Made by a program: the position numbers and the translations under genes. 64,000 bases of DNA from a virus: positions 1 to 64,000 of IMG/VR virus record IMGVR_UViG_3300021963_000094. One strand, given 5' to 3'. Shown in pieces: positions 28,001-37,025 of the stretch (its first letter is position 1; every line of letters starts with the position of its first letter). The notes under the pieces are model-generated. The model was not told where the DNA came from, did not search any database, and saw only the letters and a program-made list of their open reading frames with translations.

Positions 28001-31000
28001 AAATCAGATTTTAAACCCTGCTGAATATGGCAATCAATTTGGAGAAGGCCAAGAGTGTAAGGTTTTAAAAACATACGAAGAAACAATAGGATCGGGTATC
28101 TGTGAATTTGGACTTCAAACTGTTCAAGTTGCTGGTATAACTAGTGATTATCCAGGTGGGGGTAAAGGACCAGCTATCATCACTATCGATCCTGCATATC
28201 TTCCGCATGAATTTGCTGTTGGCGATGATGTTTTATTATTAGACAATTTCAATCAGCAAATACAAACATCCTCCACTGATACATTCACCCTTGGAGAAGG
28301 AGGAACCCTAACAGTTGGAACCGGATTGGAATTCATTGTAGGCAAAAAGGTTAGGATCTCCCATAATTATGGAAAATATCAAATAAGTGAGATTATATCA
28401 TACGATCCATTAACAGGAATTCTTGTTTTCGATGATCCATCAAAGGTTTCGGGAAGAGGAACTAAAACGTTTACTGCAGTTTCTGGTTTTAATTTCTTTA
28501 TCTTCCCTTATAGAGTTGGATATGTCGAGGTATTAATTAATAATGTTGTAACATCTCCTTCTAATTATAGCGCAACAGATGGTGTGGTTGTATTCTTAAA
28601 TTCCGGATACACTGCGGGAGATTCAGTAAAGATAAGAGAAATTATAGGACCATACGCACAGTGGGAGGTATCATCACAGAACTATTCCGGAAACTATAAA
28701 ATATCATCGGTAACTTCCGACGGATTTTACATTCCATTAATAATGGACGGGAACGTAGATCCTGCTGACTTTAGCTTGATAGAAAAAGGATCAATCACTA
28801 TTAACTATGAAGGTAAAAGATTTGCAAGAGTCGATTTTAACGGAAGGCTAGATACCACTCTCGGAAATTTAATGAGCAAGCTCAACAATTCCAAAAAAGA
28901 TCCTGCTTTTGCTATTGATACCATATTCAACGATTCGGAGATAGTAAATGCATTAGTGCAAGAATGGAAAGAAGTTGAATTTAAAGCACCGATAGGTTCT
29001 GGAAATTTATTTAACGGAAAGAAACTTGATATAACCACAACAGGGGGTTTATATCTGTACGATGGTCAAAACCCAGTAAAATCTTTAAGTGTTGAAATAA
29101 GCGGAGGAGTAAATCCTTATAGTGAATATATTGATTACTCTTTCGACGGTAATCTTCCGGTAGAAAATATAAGATATTACGGAACTAAGAAATTAGACTG
29201 GGATGCTTTTGATATCTTACAGTGGGATAATTTATATGCACAAACGTGGCAATTTTATGACTATCATAACGATTGGCTAGGAGGATTTTCTTTGTACAAT
29301 CTTCAAGCCGGTGACAAAATTAGAATCGGTGCTAACACTAAAGGTATTGTGCTAGGAAACGATACTAATGACAGTAGCCCAGACTATTTGGATCTTAGAG
29401 AAGCGTGTAGACAATTAAATGCTTCAAAAGACAAAGGTGTATCCAAATTCTCTTACGAAGTTAGAGGATTTTCTAAACTTCCTAGTAAGTTTGATATAGA
29501 CGGAGACACCGTAAATTCACCTTTGACCTGTTTGGCAATACCGTATAACGAAGAAACTGAATCATACGATCTTCAAGAAAATCCAAGCGTAACAGACGGA
29601 CCAACATCTATAGTTCAAGACAAGCACGGCGATATCATAATGGGCGGTGAGTATGATGTTAAATTATTCAGATCGCCAGAAAAAATAGACGTTTTTAATA
29701 TCTCGACTAGATTTCCAGGATCAAAACCAAGAAAGGTTATGACCGATGAGTACAATAACTGGTGGTGCTATGGAGACTATGCAGATATTCCTTTATTGGT
29801 ATTCGATAGAGAAAACCCAGAAAACACAAAGATCTTTACATCAAGAATTATCGAAGGATTTGCTAGACCTGATTTAAATTTTGTAGTTCCCATTCCTGAC
29901 GATCAATTCCAAGTGATCTCACTTGCTATTGACGATCTAACAGGAAACTTTGTAATGTATGTTAAGTATTTCCAAAGCTATACGTCTTCTTTACCCGATT
30001 CTGTGTTTAGATTAATAGAGTATGATGCAGGATCCCAAGAGTTCAATACTATATCAACAGTAGGACCAGTTTGGAATGTTAATAAAATATATGACCAAGG
30101 AAGTGTAGTAAGCTACCTTGGGAATTCATATGTTTCTTTATTAGGTTCTAACAATCAAAGAAATCCCACTGCCTATCCTAATTATTGGGAAAAAATATAT
30201 CAGCCTAATCCTGGGGTTGTTGATTTAACTCTTTATTATATTAGACAGATGAAGTACAACTATGTTGGAAAAAAATCTGAGCTTTGGATAGCGACTAACG
30301 ATGGAATTAAGATTTATGATGGAATTAAAATTAAAACTGTCAATACTGACAATTCAGGATTACACTCGAAAGACATCTATTCCATAACATTCGACGAGAC
30401 TGGCGGTAAATGGATAGGAACAAGTAACGGTATAGCATATTACGATAACGGTAGATGGGGATGCTGGACACCTTCATCTAATCCGGAATTACCTATCGGT
30501 AGATCAAGAAATATAGTTAATCTAGGAAACGGAAGAATATTCTTCATGCTTCAATACGGGTCTGGACTTTATAAGCTAATTTATTTTAACGGTATTAACT
30601 TTATCATTTATGATAATAATCCAGGAACTTCCGAAGGATTCTCTCCTGGATCTGGAGCAGATAATGATTATGAGGATCTATATTTAGTATTGAACAAAAC
30701 TAAATTTATAGATGGTGGATTCACCAGATATGTTAGCGATCTATTCTATCTTGGAGATTCCCTTAGAGGTGGTGATCCTTATGTAGATCCTTCTTATTGG
30801 GATATAACTTATGTTGGGTATTTCTCTGAAGGCAGAAACGTTTTCTTAAAGAAAATCAATTATCTTGTTCCTTATGTTCATGCCTCTGCAAAATCTCCAG
30901 GAATGCTAGGGTGGGAATTCATTTATCATCTTTCGTATAGACCTTTTGCAGATCCTATTTATGTGAAAAATAAAGGACTTGGTGATGTTGAGATCAACTT

Positions 31001-33053
31001 TAACTTGATAGTTGGACCTTTATATACATCATCTATTAATATAGGTAAAGATCCACAGCTTCCTTATGTAGACAGAACTAGCTGGAGATTGCCTGAATGG
31101 ATTAAATACGATTTCGATGATATCATAGAATCTCATCCAGGAATTGATAAGAATGATTTATTCTTGGATGCTCCTTTGAGAGATATTATTTCCGGAAAAG
31201 CTAAAACAGAAACCTACTGGAGAAATTCAAATGTGATAAGAAGTGCAGCTAGAGATACCGGAAATCTAATTGATAGCTTTGAATGGGTTATTAAAATAGG
31301 GGATTCTTCTGATGATAGAGGAACCAAGATTTTCATAGACAGCGAAGGATATGTTTATGCAACCGGGTATTTTAACGGCAATGCATACTTCGGTGCTAAG
31401 AACAATTTACCAAGTGGTGCTAACACGACACTTCCTTCTCCAAACACCCAGTCAATATTTGTTGTTAAGTACAATCAGTTTGGTGTAGTTCAATGGGCAA
31501 GAAAATACGGTGGAACGGATTCATTAGGGACATCTTCAGATACTACTAACGATTATTCATATACCCCAACAGGTATAAAAGTTGATAACTTAGGAAATGT
31601 AATAGTTATTGGATACAAATCAAAGGTTAGGAATAATACCACAAACGAAAAACCTACAAACATATTTTTAAAGTGGGATTTTAATGCGCATCTTTCAACC
31701 TCTACGAATTTGTTTGCACCATCCAGCGCTACTGCAGATGACACTATTAGAGATCTTGCAATTGATAAAGTTGGTAACACCTATATTACTGGTGTTTATA
31801 AAGGAACATTAACAGCAGGAACCAATTCAATAACTTCCTCCGGTAATAACTACGAGGTGTTTGTTGCAAGAGTAGAAAATGACGGATACATTAAATGGCT
31901 TTATAAAGCTGGAACCGGTGGAAATGAAACCAACCCTTCAATTCAGATAGGGAATGCATTTGAAGATCTTTATCTAGCGTTCAATACCAATGATGGCGTA
32001 TCTCAAAAAATAGTTTTAAATAGACATTCTAGCTATGACTTCCATCTTGATTGGGAAAAACAAATAGAAAATATCAATCACGGCGGAACCCCTGTATCTC
32101 CTAGAATTAAAATTTCAGGAAACGGAGAAATAGCAATGGGAGCAACGTTTGCAGGTACAATCTCAGTTGATGGAATTGGCATCACCTCAAATGGAATTTC
32201 TGATATAGCTATTATCAAGTTTAATGGATACAGAACCTTATGGGCTAAGAACGTAGGATCATCTGCCGCTGATTACTGTCAAGATGTTGATATAGATTCA
32301 GAGGGAAGTATATTTGTACTAGGATCTTATGGAGCTAAATTGATAGCATCCCCAGAAATATCTTCTCCGACTTATTATCCTTCGCCTCAAGGAGATCTTG
32401 ACCTAATCATGTTTAAATATTCAGGAATTGGAACACTTCTTGATGTCGTTGATGCCGGAGGTATAGCTAAGGATGAAGGTATATCTCTTTCGATAGACAG
32501 CAGTGATAACATTTACTTAACTGGATATATTTCCGGGCAAGCTCAATTCTCTAACTGGATCACCTCCCCTAGTGGTGGTGAAGATGCCTTTGTTGGAAAA
32601 ATCTCAAATTTAAGATACCAGAAAGGTAATAAGAACGGAAACGCGTTTTCGTGGTTTGGATCCGGAGCTTGGCAAACTGGCGAAGCCAAAATATTCAAAG
32701 AGGAATTTGAAATCCCTATCGGAACAACCGTAGTGTTTAACCCGATAGATTCATTGATCCCTGGTAAGAAAAATCACATTTGGAAATTAATCTATGATGG
32801 GGATGGAGCTGAGATAATCAACGTAAAGGATGCACAATCTTTTATCTGGACCTTTAATCAGCCAGGATTCTATACCCTGTATTCATCCATAGAGGATAGC
32901 AACGGAAATATATCGGTGCATGATAAGAATGGATACATCAGAGTGATCGATCACAAAAATGCTCCTCCAGGCGAATCTGTAACATCAGTAACCAGTGACA
33001 CCTTCAGAAGAAGGTCAATCTACGAGTTAAAATCTAAGCCTCAGCTGATTTAA
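25077..33053 (+). CDS. Giant (2658 aa) baseplate wedge gp7-like / receptor-binding protein with beta-propeller, CBM-like and PKD-like modules
   Basis: Y.GSYKGL.NAI.FFGY motif (gp7/P2 gpI-like); TWD repeats; LWIAT.DG/WIGT.NG propeller; SBBP-like repeats (D..GN.Y.TG...G); C-terminal PKD-like F.QPG.Y. Confidence 0.65.
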   Translation: MSYKNLLFFNKSGHQTNLIWNGDFWEARLLLPRVSVDLFEIEHFFIVEKFLDTNGNIVYGYPHITPDINSLTSASGIYGNFKSGSTVVNTDIKPLADYVGAKIFTEQFPNGNEVVSVDTTLNRITLKDPATATEGGIPLFFNLWKSSFETSRNVLDFDSFDSFKGNIIKGADYITTSSDISKIKLSGDYLSILGNGVPKNARITSIVGDKIYLNKICNVDLSNSTIFVYPVEEKNDVSNYIFQYELLEDQTLDAPVLNKLQDSYIKIGYDGNESFQNDIRTSNDIDSASVTINIALSSDEEGIFGRTLVIEDYSLGYPKIIARIEIHGETIGEDERYKTLLSNFGRKLNSEDAYILRPSDPKEPYTDYEIVNAKRKELLLEGHEIFSYLGSYKGLINAIRFFGYQDLRVKEYWLNVKKSDTATSALKENSDFMDKIKGKPYSQSTLIGNLLDDENSGKYKQVEIYGKKKDGTYGLKSPIEQLFPSSSYKKTALFGLFYDINVVVDDEYDEFGYPITENADVFSPDEVLIKLFGLKEKLKKDYLPLNARIIDITGEGVYFGIYKNRTWIDNLKIDELQQGIDIDLAFTPEYGYIEDLRPFYLRPNKYIPFVPFVGENLATYKYTTYGNQVEPKATNPKLNGRESKRLADAIKLFYERRNSGEPKYRLGDGDSKNNGYLKLFDGQRYEVPAGFPTVLEVTTFNITWDEVGNTWGSLENNIATYSTSLSSWDDTGYTGNGLIDSSFDFSFDTATGFGTLFDITLPTGLDFLRPEAGSVQLKFTSNDDDSFQLLCEVQNGSIPGTYYDSATGETSLKLLWSKGDGIIDNWKIELVNSFQSTLPLEYYDYSFNPGGFYSWDNLRFAGFYEIEWTVIKRGETPFYYEFRGAISDYYKLPIILPYDGIYTVKCRVWDGFNDICSVNYENCIEVKKRDIELTNIARFRETEVYTWDNTKQNWDDYVSMWLFPVEKGKDPGIISNQILNPAEYGNQFGEGQECKVLKTYEETIGSGICEFGLQTVQVAGITSDYPGGGKGPAIITIDPAYLPHEFAVGDDVLLLDNFNQQIQTSSTDTFTLGEGGTLTVGTGLEFIVGKKVRISHNYGKYQISEIISYDPLTGILVFDDPSKVSGRGTKTFTAVSGFNFFIFPYRVGYVEVLINNVVTSPSNYSATDGVVVFLNSGYTAGDSVKIREIIGPYAQWEVSSQNYSGNYKISSVTSDGFYIPLIMDGNVDPADFSLIEKGSITINYEGKRFARVDFNGRLDTTLGNLMSKLNNSKKDPAFAIDTIFNDSEIVNALVQEWKEVEFKAPIGSGNLFNGKKLDITTTGGLYLYDGQNPVKSLSVEISGGVNPYSEYIDYSFDGNLPVENIRYYGTKKLDWDAFDILQWDNLYAQTWQFYDYHNDWLGGFSLYNLQAGDKIRIGANTKGIVLGNDTNDSSPDYLDLREACRQLNASKDKGVSKFSYEVRGFSKLPSKFDIDGDTVNSPLTCLAIPYNEETESYDLQENPSVTDGPTSIVQDKHGDIIMGGEYDVKLFRSPEKIDVFNISTRFPGSKPRKVMTDEYNNWWCYGDYADIPLLVFDRENPENTKIFTSRIIEGFARPDLNFVVPIPDDQFQVISLAIDDLTGNFVMYVKYFQSYTSSLPDSVFRLIEYDAGSQEFNTISTVGPVWNVNKIYDQGSVVSYLGNSYVSLLGSNNQRNPTAYPNYWEKIYQPNPGVVDLTLYYIRQMKYNYVGKKSELWIATNDGIKIYDGIKIKTVNTDNSGLHSKDIYSITFDETGGKWIGTSNGIAYYDNGRWGCWTPSSNPELPIGRSRNIVNLGNGRIFFMLQYGSGLYKLIYFNGINFIIYDNNPGTSEGFSPGSGADNDYEDLYLVLNKTKFIDGGFTRYVSDLFYLGDSLRGGDPYVDPSYWDITYVGYFSEGRNVFLKKINYLVPYVHASAKSPGMLGWEFIYHLSYRPFADPIYVKNKGLGDVEINFNLIVGPLYTSSINIGKDPQLPYVDRTSWRLPEWIKYDFDDIIESHPGIDKNDLFLDAPLRDIISGKAKTETYWRNSNVIRSAARDTGNLIDSFEWVIKIGDSSDDRGTKIFIDSEGYVYATGYFNGNAYFGAKNNLPSGANTTLPSPNTQSIFVVKYNQFGVVQWARKYGGTDSLGTSSDTTNDYSYTPTGIKVDNLGNVIVIGYKSKVRNNTTNEKPTNIFLKWDFNAHLSTSTNLFAPSSATADDTIRDLAIDKVGNTYITGVYKGTLTAGTNSITSSGNNYEVFVARVENDGYIKWLYKAGTGGNETNPSIQIGNAFEDLYLAFNTNDGVSQKIVLNRHSSYDFHLDWEKQIENINHGGTPVSPRIKISGNGEIAMGATFAGTISVDGIGITSNGISDIAIIKFNGYRTLWAKNVGSSAADYCQDVDIDSEGSIFVLGSYGAKLIASPEISSPTYYPSPQGDLDLIMFKYSGIGTLLDVVDAGGIAKDEGISLSIDSSDNIYLTGYISGQAQFSNWITSPSGGEDAFVGKISNLRYQKGNKNGNAFSWFGSGAWQTGEAKIFKEEFEIPIGTTVVFNPIDSLIPGKKNHIWKLIYDGDGAEIINVKDAQSFIWTFNQPGFYTLYSSIEDSNGNISVHDKNGYIRVIDHKNAPPGESVTSVTSDTFRRRSIYELKSKPQLI

Positions 33054-33734
33054 TTATCTGTCGTTGTATTCTGTGTAAACTCCAAGAATTTCTGGAACAA
33101 TAGGATGTCTGTGATTTTTCTTAAGTGAAATAACCTGAACCCCTGGTACTCTTGCAGCAACGGTATTAAGAAAATCCAATCCTGAATCCTTCTTAACCTT
33201 AAGATCTATCTGAGAAATATCTCCGCAGATCATAATTTTTGATGCTACACCAAGTCTTCCTAAAACCATTTCCATTTGATTATTAGTTACGTTTTGTGCT
33301 TCGTCAACTATAACACAAGAGTTTAAAAAAGTTCTACCCCTCATAAAAGGGAAAGGAAGAATTTCAATAACATTATTTTCTACTAATTTGTCTATTTTTT
33401 CTTTGTCATAAAGCATATAAAGATTTGAATAGATTGGTGCTAACCAAGGATCCATTTTTTCTTTTAAATCACCTGGCAAAAATCCAATATCTTCTTTTGC
33501 TACTGTTGGCCTTGTAATGATAATTTTTTCAGCTTCTCTGTTAAAAAGAAGGTCTAAAGCAATCTGACATGCCAAAAGGGTCTTTCCAGATCCCGCCATT
33601 CCTCTAATAACTGTGACTGGATTCTCCAGAATTAACGACTTTGCTTCTTTTTGCTCTTCGTTTAATTGTAACTTGAACTTAATAGGTCCCTTAACCTTCC
33701 CTTTAGAGGGCTGTTCTTTAACTTCTCTTTCCAT
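33054..33734 (-). CDS. phoH: PhoH-family ATPase/RNA helicase
   Basis: GMAGSGKT, IGFLPGDL.EK, FMRGRTF, DEAQN, GD.SQ.D and RHP motifs. ATG 33734 is preferred over TTG 33815. Confidence 0.92.
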   Translation of the reverse strand: MEREVKEQPSKGKVKGPIKFKLQLNEEQKEAKSLILENPVTVIRGMAGSGKTLLACQIALDLLFNREAEKIIITRPTVAKEDIGFLPGDLKEKMDPWLAPIYSNLYMLYDKEKIDKLVENNVIEILPFPFMRGRTFLNSCVIVDEAQNVTNNQMEMVLGRLGVASKIMICGDISQIDLKVKKDSGLDFLNTVAARVPGVQVISLKKNHRHPIVPEILGVYTEYNDR

Positions 33735-33823
33735 AAGTGTTTTGGTTTTTTTGACAGAAACTAATGTATGTTTTAGTGTATGATCTATGCATGAAGGATT
33801 TATTTCTTCGTTCAAGCTTATTT

Positions 33824-33836
33824 GATATATATATTC
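33824..33836. promoter_or_regulatory. Putative bidirectional late promoter GATATATATATTC
   Basis: Reads GATATATA on + and GAATATATA on -, and lies between the divergent phoH and 33854 genes. Confidence 0.5.
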
Positions 33837-33853
33837 AGAATAAAAAATAGCAA

Positions 33854-34819
33854 ATGATTACTATACAGGAGATCCTAGGGACAGATTCGATTGCAGCTTC
33901 GAGACTGACCATTAATTCAAATTTTCTACTAGTTGAGAATGAAATCAACGATTTAGAGAACGTTTTTAATCTTAACGTGGTTACAGGGGCGATGGACATC
34001 TCCCAGGCAACTAGCGGACAGTTAAAAGCCAAAACAATTTATTCCAATCAGGCAGCCTTTCCAGCTTCCGGAACACCTACCGTGAACATCTACGGAACAG
34101 GCGCAAGTGCAGGTAATGCTTCCTTCTCTGGAATAGTTTCTGCAAACCAAATGACCCTGTCTGCAACAGGAACATTTAACCAAATAAATGCATCTGGTCC
34201 TGCTGTTTTTGGATCTACAGCTAGATATGACGGAGCAGTGACATTTAATTCTTCAGTTACCAACGGGCCAACTGGATCTTATATCGAGAAAAACGCAACA
34301 GGTGCATCCGGATCAACCAATGCCTTTATATCCCCACTTAGCGGTGGCGGAGGGGGTATTACTGGTACATTTAGTAATCCGTATGCTTTATCACTAAATG
34401 AGAGCGTGGTTTATGTTGATGCTGGATATGTTAGCACTGCTACAGGAGATTCTGGGTTTAATACTGGATTTTTCTTCTATGTTGCTACAGGAACAGCTCC
34501 TTCGGGAACTCCTCCTGCTATCCCACAGGGTTTTAGATTAACTTTGATTAATACTAACGGATCTAATGGAAGAATAGCTACTGGAATAACAGGTCCTACT
34601 GGAGGCACATATTACACTGGATTTAACACTCTAGCAAACGGTGGTGCATGGGCTTCTAAAGCAATTTCGGTTCCATCATCACTTCCTTACAAAACGTCTG
34701 TTACCTTACAATGGGAAAACAGAGTAGGAAAAGGTGGTACAACACAAAACGGATCTTGGGTGGTTATATCATCCTCTGGATACACAGGAAGCGATTTTAA
34801 CGCAGGAACTGGAGCATAA
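33854..34819 (+). CDS. Gly/Thr/Ser-rich fibre/baseplate protein with gp9/gp10-like N-terminal helix
   Basis: I..I.G.DS....R..IN.NF..E N-terminus and a G/T/S-rich beta-structured body. Confidence 0.55.
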   Translation: MITIQEILGTDSIAASRLTINSNFLLVENEINDLENVFNLNVVTGAMDISQATSGQLKAKTIYSNQAAFPASGTPTVNIYGTGASAGNASFSGIVSANQMTLSATGTFNQINASGPAVFGSTARYDGAVTFNSSVTNGPTGSYIEKNATGASGSTNAFISPLSGGGGGITGTFSNPYALSLNESVVYVDAGYVSTATGDSGFNTGFFFYVATGTAPSGTPPAIPQGFRLTLINTNGSNGRIATGITGPTGGTYYTGFNTLANGGAWASKAISVPSSLPYKTSVTLQWENRVGKGGTTQNGSWVVISSSGYTGSDFNAGTGA

Positions 34820-34840
34820 TATTTAATAAAATAAAATCGA

Positions 34841-37024
34841 ATGGCTAAAACCCCATTTATTAGGCCCTTACAAGTACAAGGCGGAACTTTTTACACATTT
34901 AGTTCTGCTGCGGAGGATCTTGCGTTAACTTTTAACAACACTGTAAACAAATTTAGATTTTCAAAATATGTTCTTTTGAATCTTCCTGAGTTTAGAGAAC
35001 CTTTGTATGGCGAGAATACAATTTTATTCAACACCACGGACACTGCTTTTTTGGATGTTGCTGAAGAAGCATTTACTGTGGTCGATCCTAATAATTTAAG
35101 TCCAAACCTAGAAATAGCATTTCAAAACTATTGTTTGAATCTAGAAGCATCTTTAGTTTCCAGCGAGAATTACAATCCAACATTAAAAAGAAACGTTTCT
35201 GAAAGAGTTTTTTGGAAATGGCTAAAAGAAATGGGCGGGATTAGATTTAGACCTGCTAATTCAAATGAGGTTGTACCAACACTAGATCAAAACTATACTG
35301 GTCTTTCCGGGGGATTTCCATATTCAGATAAGAGATGGACAGAGGAAGATGATCTTTCAACAGGTAACGGAAGTGGAACACCTAGATATTCTAGAGTAGT
35401 AAAATACATTGGTGAATGTGATATTATCAACTCTGTACAGCACAAAAATAATTCTTACTCTGAGGTATACATTCACGTTCCAACAAGCGATGGACATACT
35501 CCATTAGTTATGTTTAAAACAAAAGCTGATGAAAATTATTATCCGGGACAAATATTAACACATACACCTAATGATCCATTAGATACCGAATACCTTCAGG
35601 GAAGAAGTTATAGTGATGGATTATTCGGCCCTAATGGATTTCCAACACTTGCGATTTTTGATCAGGACGTTATAGGACAGCCTGGTATCACAGGAACAGA
35701 CGCAGCGGGAAATCAATTTGTGAATCAATGGTATTATCCTAGAAACGTAGCTAATTCTTATTATACCGATTCTTCTTTCTTTAGTTCTGATACCGATACT
35801 ATTACTAAGTATTTAAAAAATGGAACTTATGAGGTTTCTTATAAAAGAAATAAACTTGACGGGATTCAATTAGATTTTAACCCCGACAATTATAAGCCTA
35901 TATTAGACAATCCTTCTATTAGCACGATGGATGAGTTTAACGGAACTATAGATTCAGCTTCTTTTGAGTTTAACACTGTTCTTCTTTATTATGATGTATA
36001 TGATCCTAATAACCCAGAAGATGCAGAGACTAACCTGTATGGTATTTTATTCCTTGAAGACATTGAGCCAATTTCAAACTCTGCTGGAAGAATACCTACA
36101 TTCAAGAAATACAAGCCAGATCCGATTACTAAACTTAACGGTAACTCGTATGGATTAAAGGTTAATCTTAAGTTTGATACTGACGTAGATAGCACCGGTG
36201 TTGAATTAGCGGTCAATGATTATTCATCATTCTCTCTTTCGATGTTTATGGATGCTGCTAACGTTCTTCAGGAAGCTTCTAGAACACTTAACGATCAATC
36301 TCTTGAAATGATCGACGTAGCTAAAAGAGTAACAGTTTTGGAGGATCTAGTTGTGACTATGGACGATAATACTTCCATTGGCGCAAGGCTAACTGCTTTA
36401 GAAAATGCAATGGTTGCTAATCAAGCACTATTTAGAAACACACAAGATATTTTAGGTCTGATAGAAAGAAACTACTCTTTAACGAATGATCTTTTAAATG
36501 GTAGGACTAACATTAAACTTTCGTATGATCTTGATTTAATTAAGAGCGGAGATGGTATTAATGTTGACAGATCTGTACAGAACAGATTAATACTTAATAA
36601 CACAGTACAGCACTATAATATTTCAGAGGATGTAAATTACAACTTTACTATCAATGAAACTAGTGGTAACACGTTAGTTTTAAATCCTTTTAACAATTAT
36701 TATAAACACAGCAATTTTGGATTGACTATCACATTAACTAATGACGTAATCATTAGAATAGATGATACTAACAGCCAATGGAAAAAAGGACAGACAATCA
36801 GATTAGTTTTTGATGACAAAATAGTTCTTGCTGGTAATAATATTCTTATCTACACAGATACAAAAGGAGTATACCCGTTGAGCTCACCATCAGGAGTTGC
36901 ATATAGCAAATTAGTTGGGGGTTTCACACAAAGCATATTTGATTCTGCAGGCAACAAACCTATCTTTGATATTGTTTGTGTTGACGAAAAGAATTTAGCT
37001 TTCGAAATAGATCAAATAAGATAA
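34841..37024 (+). CDS. Probable virion structural protein
   Basis: 727 aa in the late operon; coiled coil followed by a beta-rich C-terminus. Confidence 0.55.
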   Translation: MAKTPFIRPLQVQGGTFYTFSSAAEDLALTFNNTVNKFRFSKYVLLNLPEFREPLYGENTILFNTTDTAFLDVAEEAFTVVDPNNLSPNLEIAFQNYCLNLEASLVSSENYNPTLKRNVSERVFWKWLKEMGGIRFRPANSNEVVPTLDQNYTGLSGGFPYSDKRWTEEDDLSTGNGSGTPRYSRVVKYIGECDIINSVQHKNNSYSEVYIHVPTSDGHTPLVMFKTKADENYYPGQILTHTPNDPLDTEYLQGRSYSDGLFGPNGFPTLAIFDQDVIGQPGITGTDAAGNQFVNQWYYPRNVANSYYTDSSFFSSDTDTITKYLKNGTYEVSYKRNKLDGIQLDFNPDNYKPILDNPSISTMDEFNGTIDSASFEFNTVLLYYDVYDPNNPEDAETNLYGILFLEDIEPISNSAGRIPTFKKYKPDPITKLNGNSYGLKVNLKFDTDVDSTGVELAVNDYSSFSLSMFMDAANVLQEASRTLNDQSLEMIDVAKRVTVLEDLVVTMDDNTSIGARLTALENAMVANQALFRNTQDILGLIERNYSLTNDLLNGRTNIKLSYDLDLIKSGDGINVDRSVQNRLILNNTVQHYNISEDVNYNFTINETSGNTLVLNPFNNYYKHSNFGLTITLTNDVIIRIDDTNSQWKKGQTIRLVFDDKIVLAGNNILIYTDTKGVYPLSSPSGVAYSKLVGGFTQSIFDSAGNKPIFDIVCVDEKNLAFEIDQIR

Positions 37025-37025
37025 A

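Noticed and set aside
33735-33815. TTG-initiated N-terminal extension of PhoH
   Set aside because: The extension looks non-conserved and low in information, while ATG 33734 has an A-rich upstream context. It is not fully excluded, because the TTG lies just downstream of the promoter motif.
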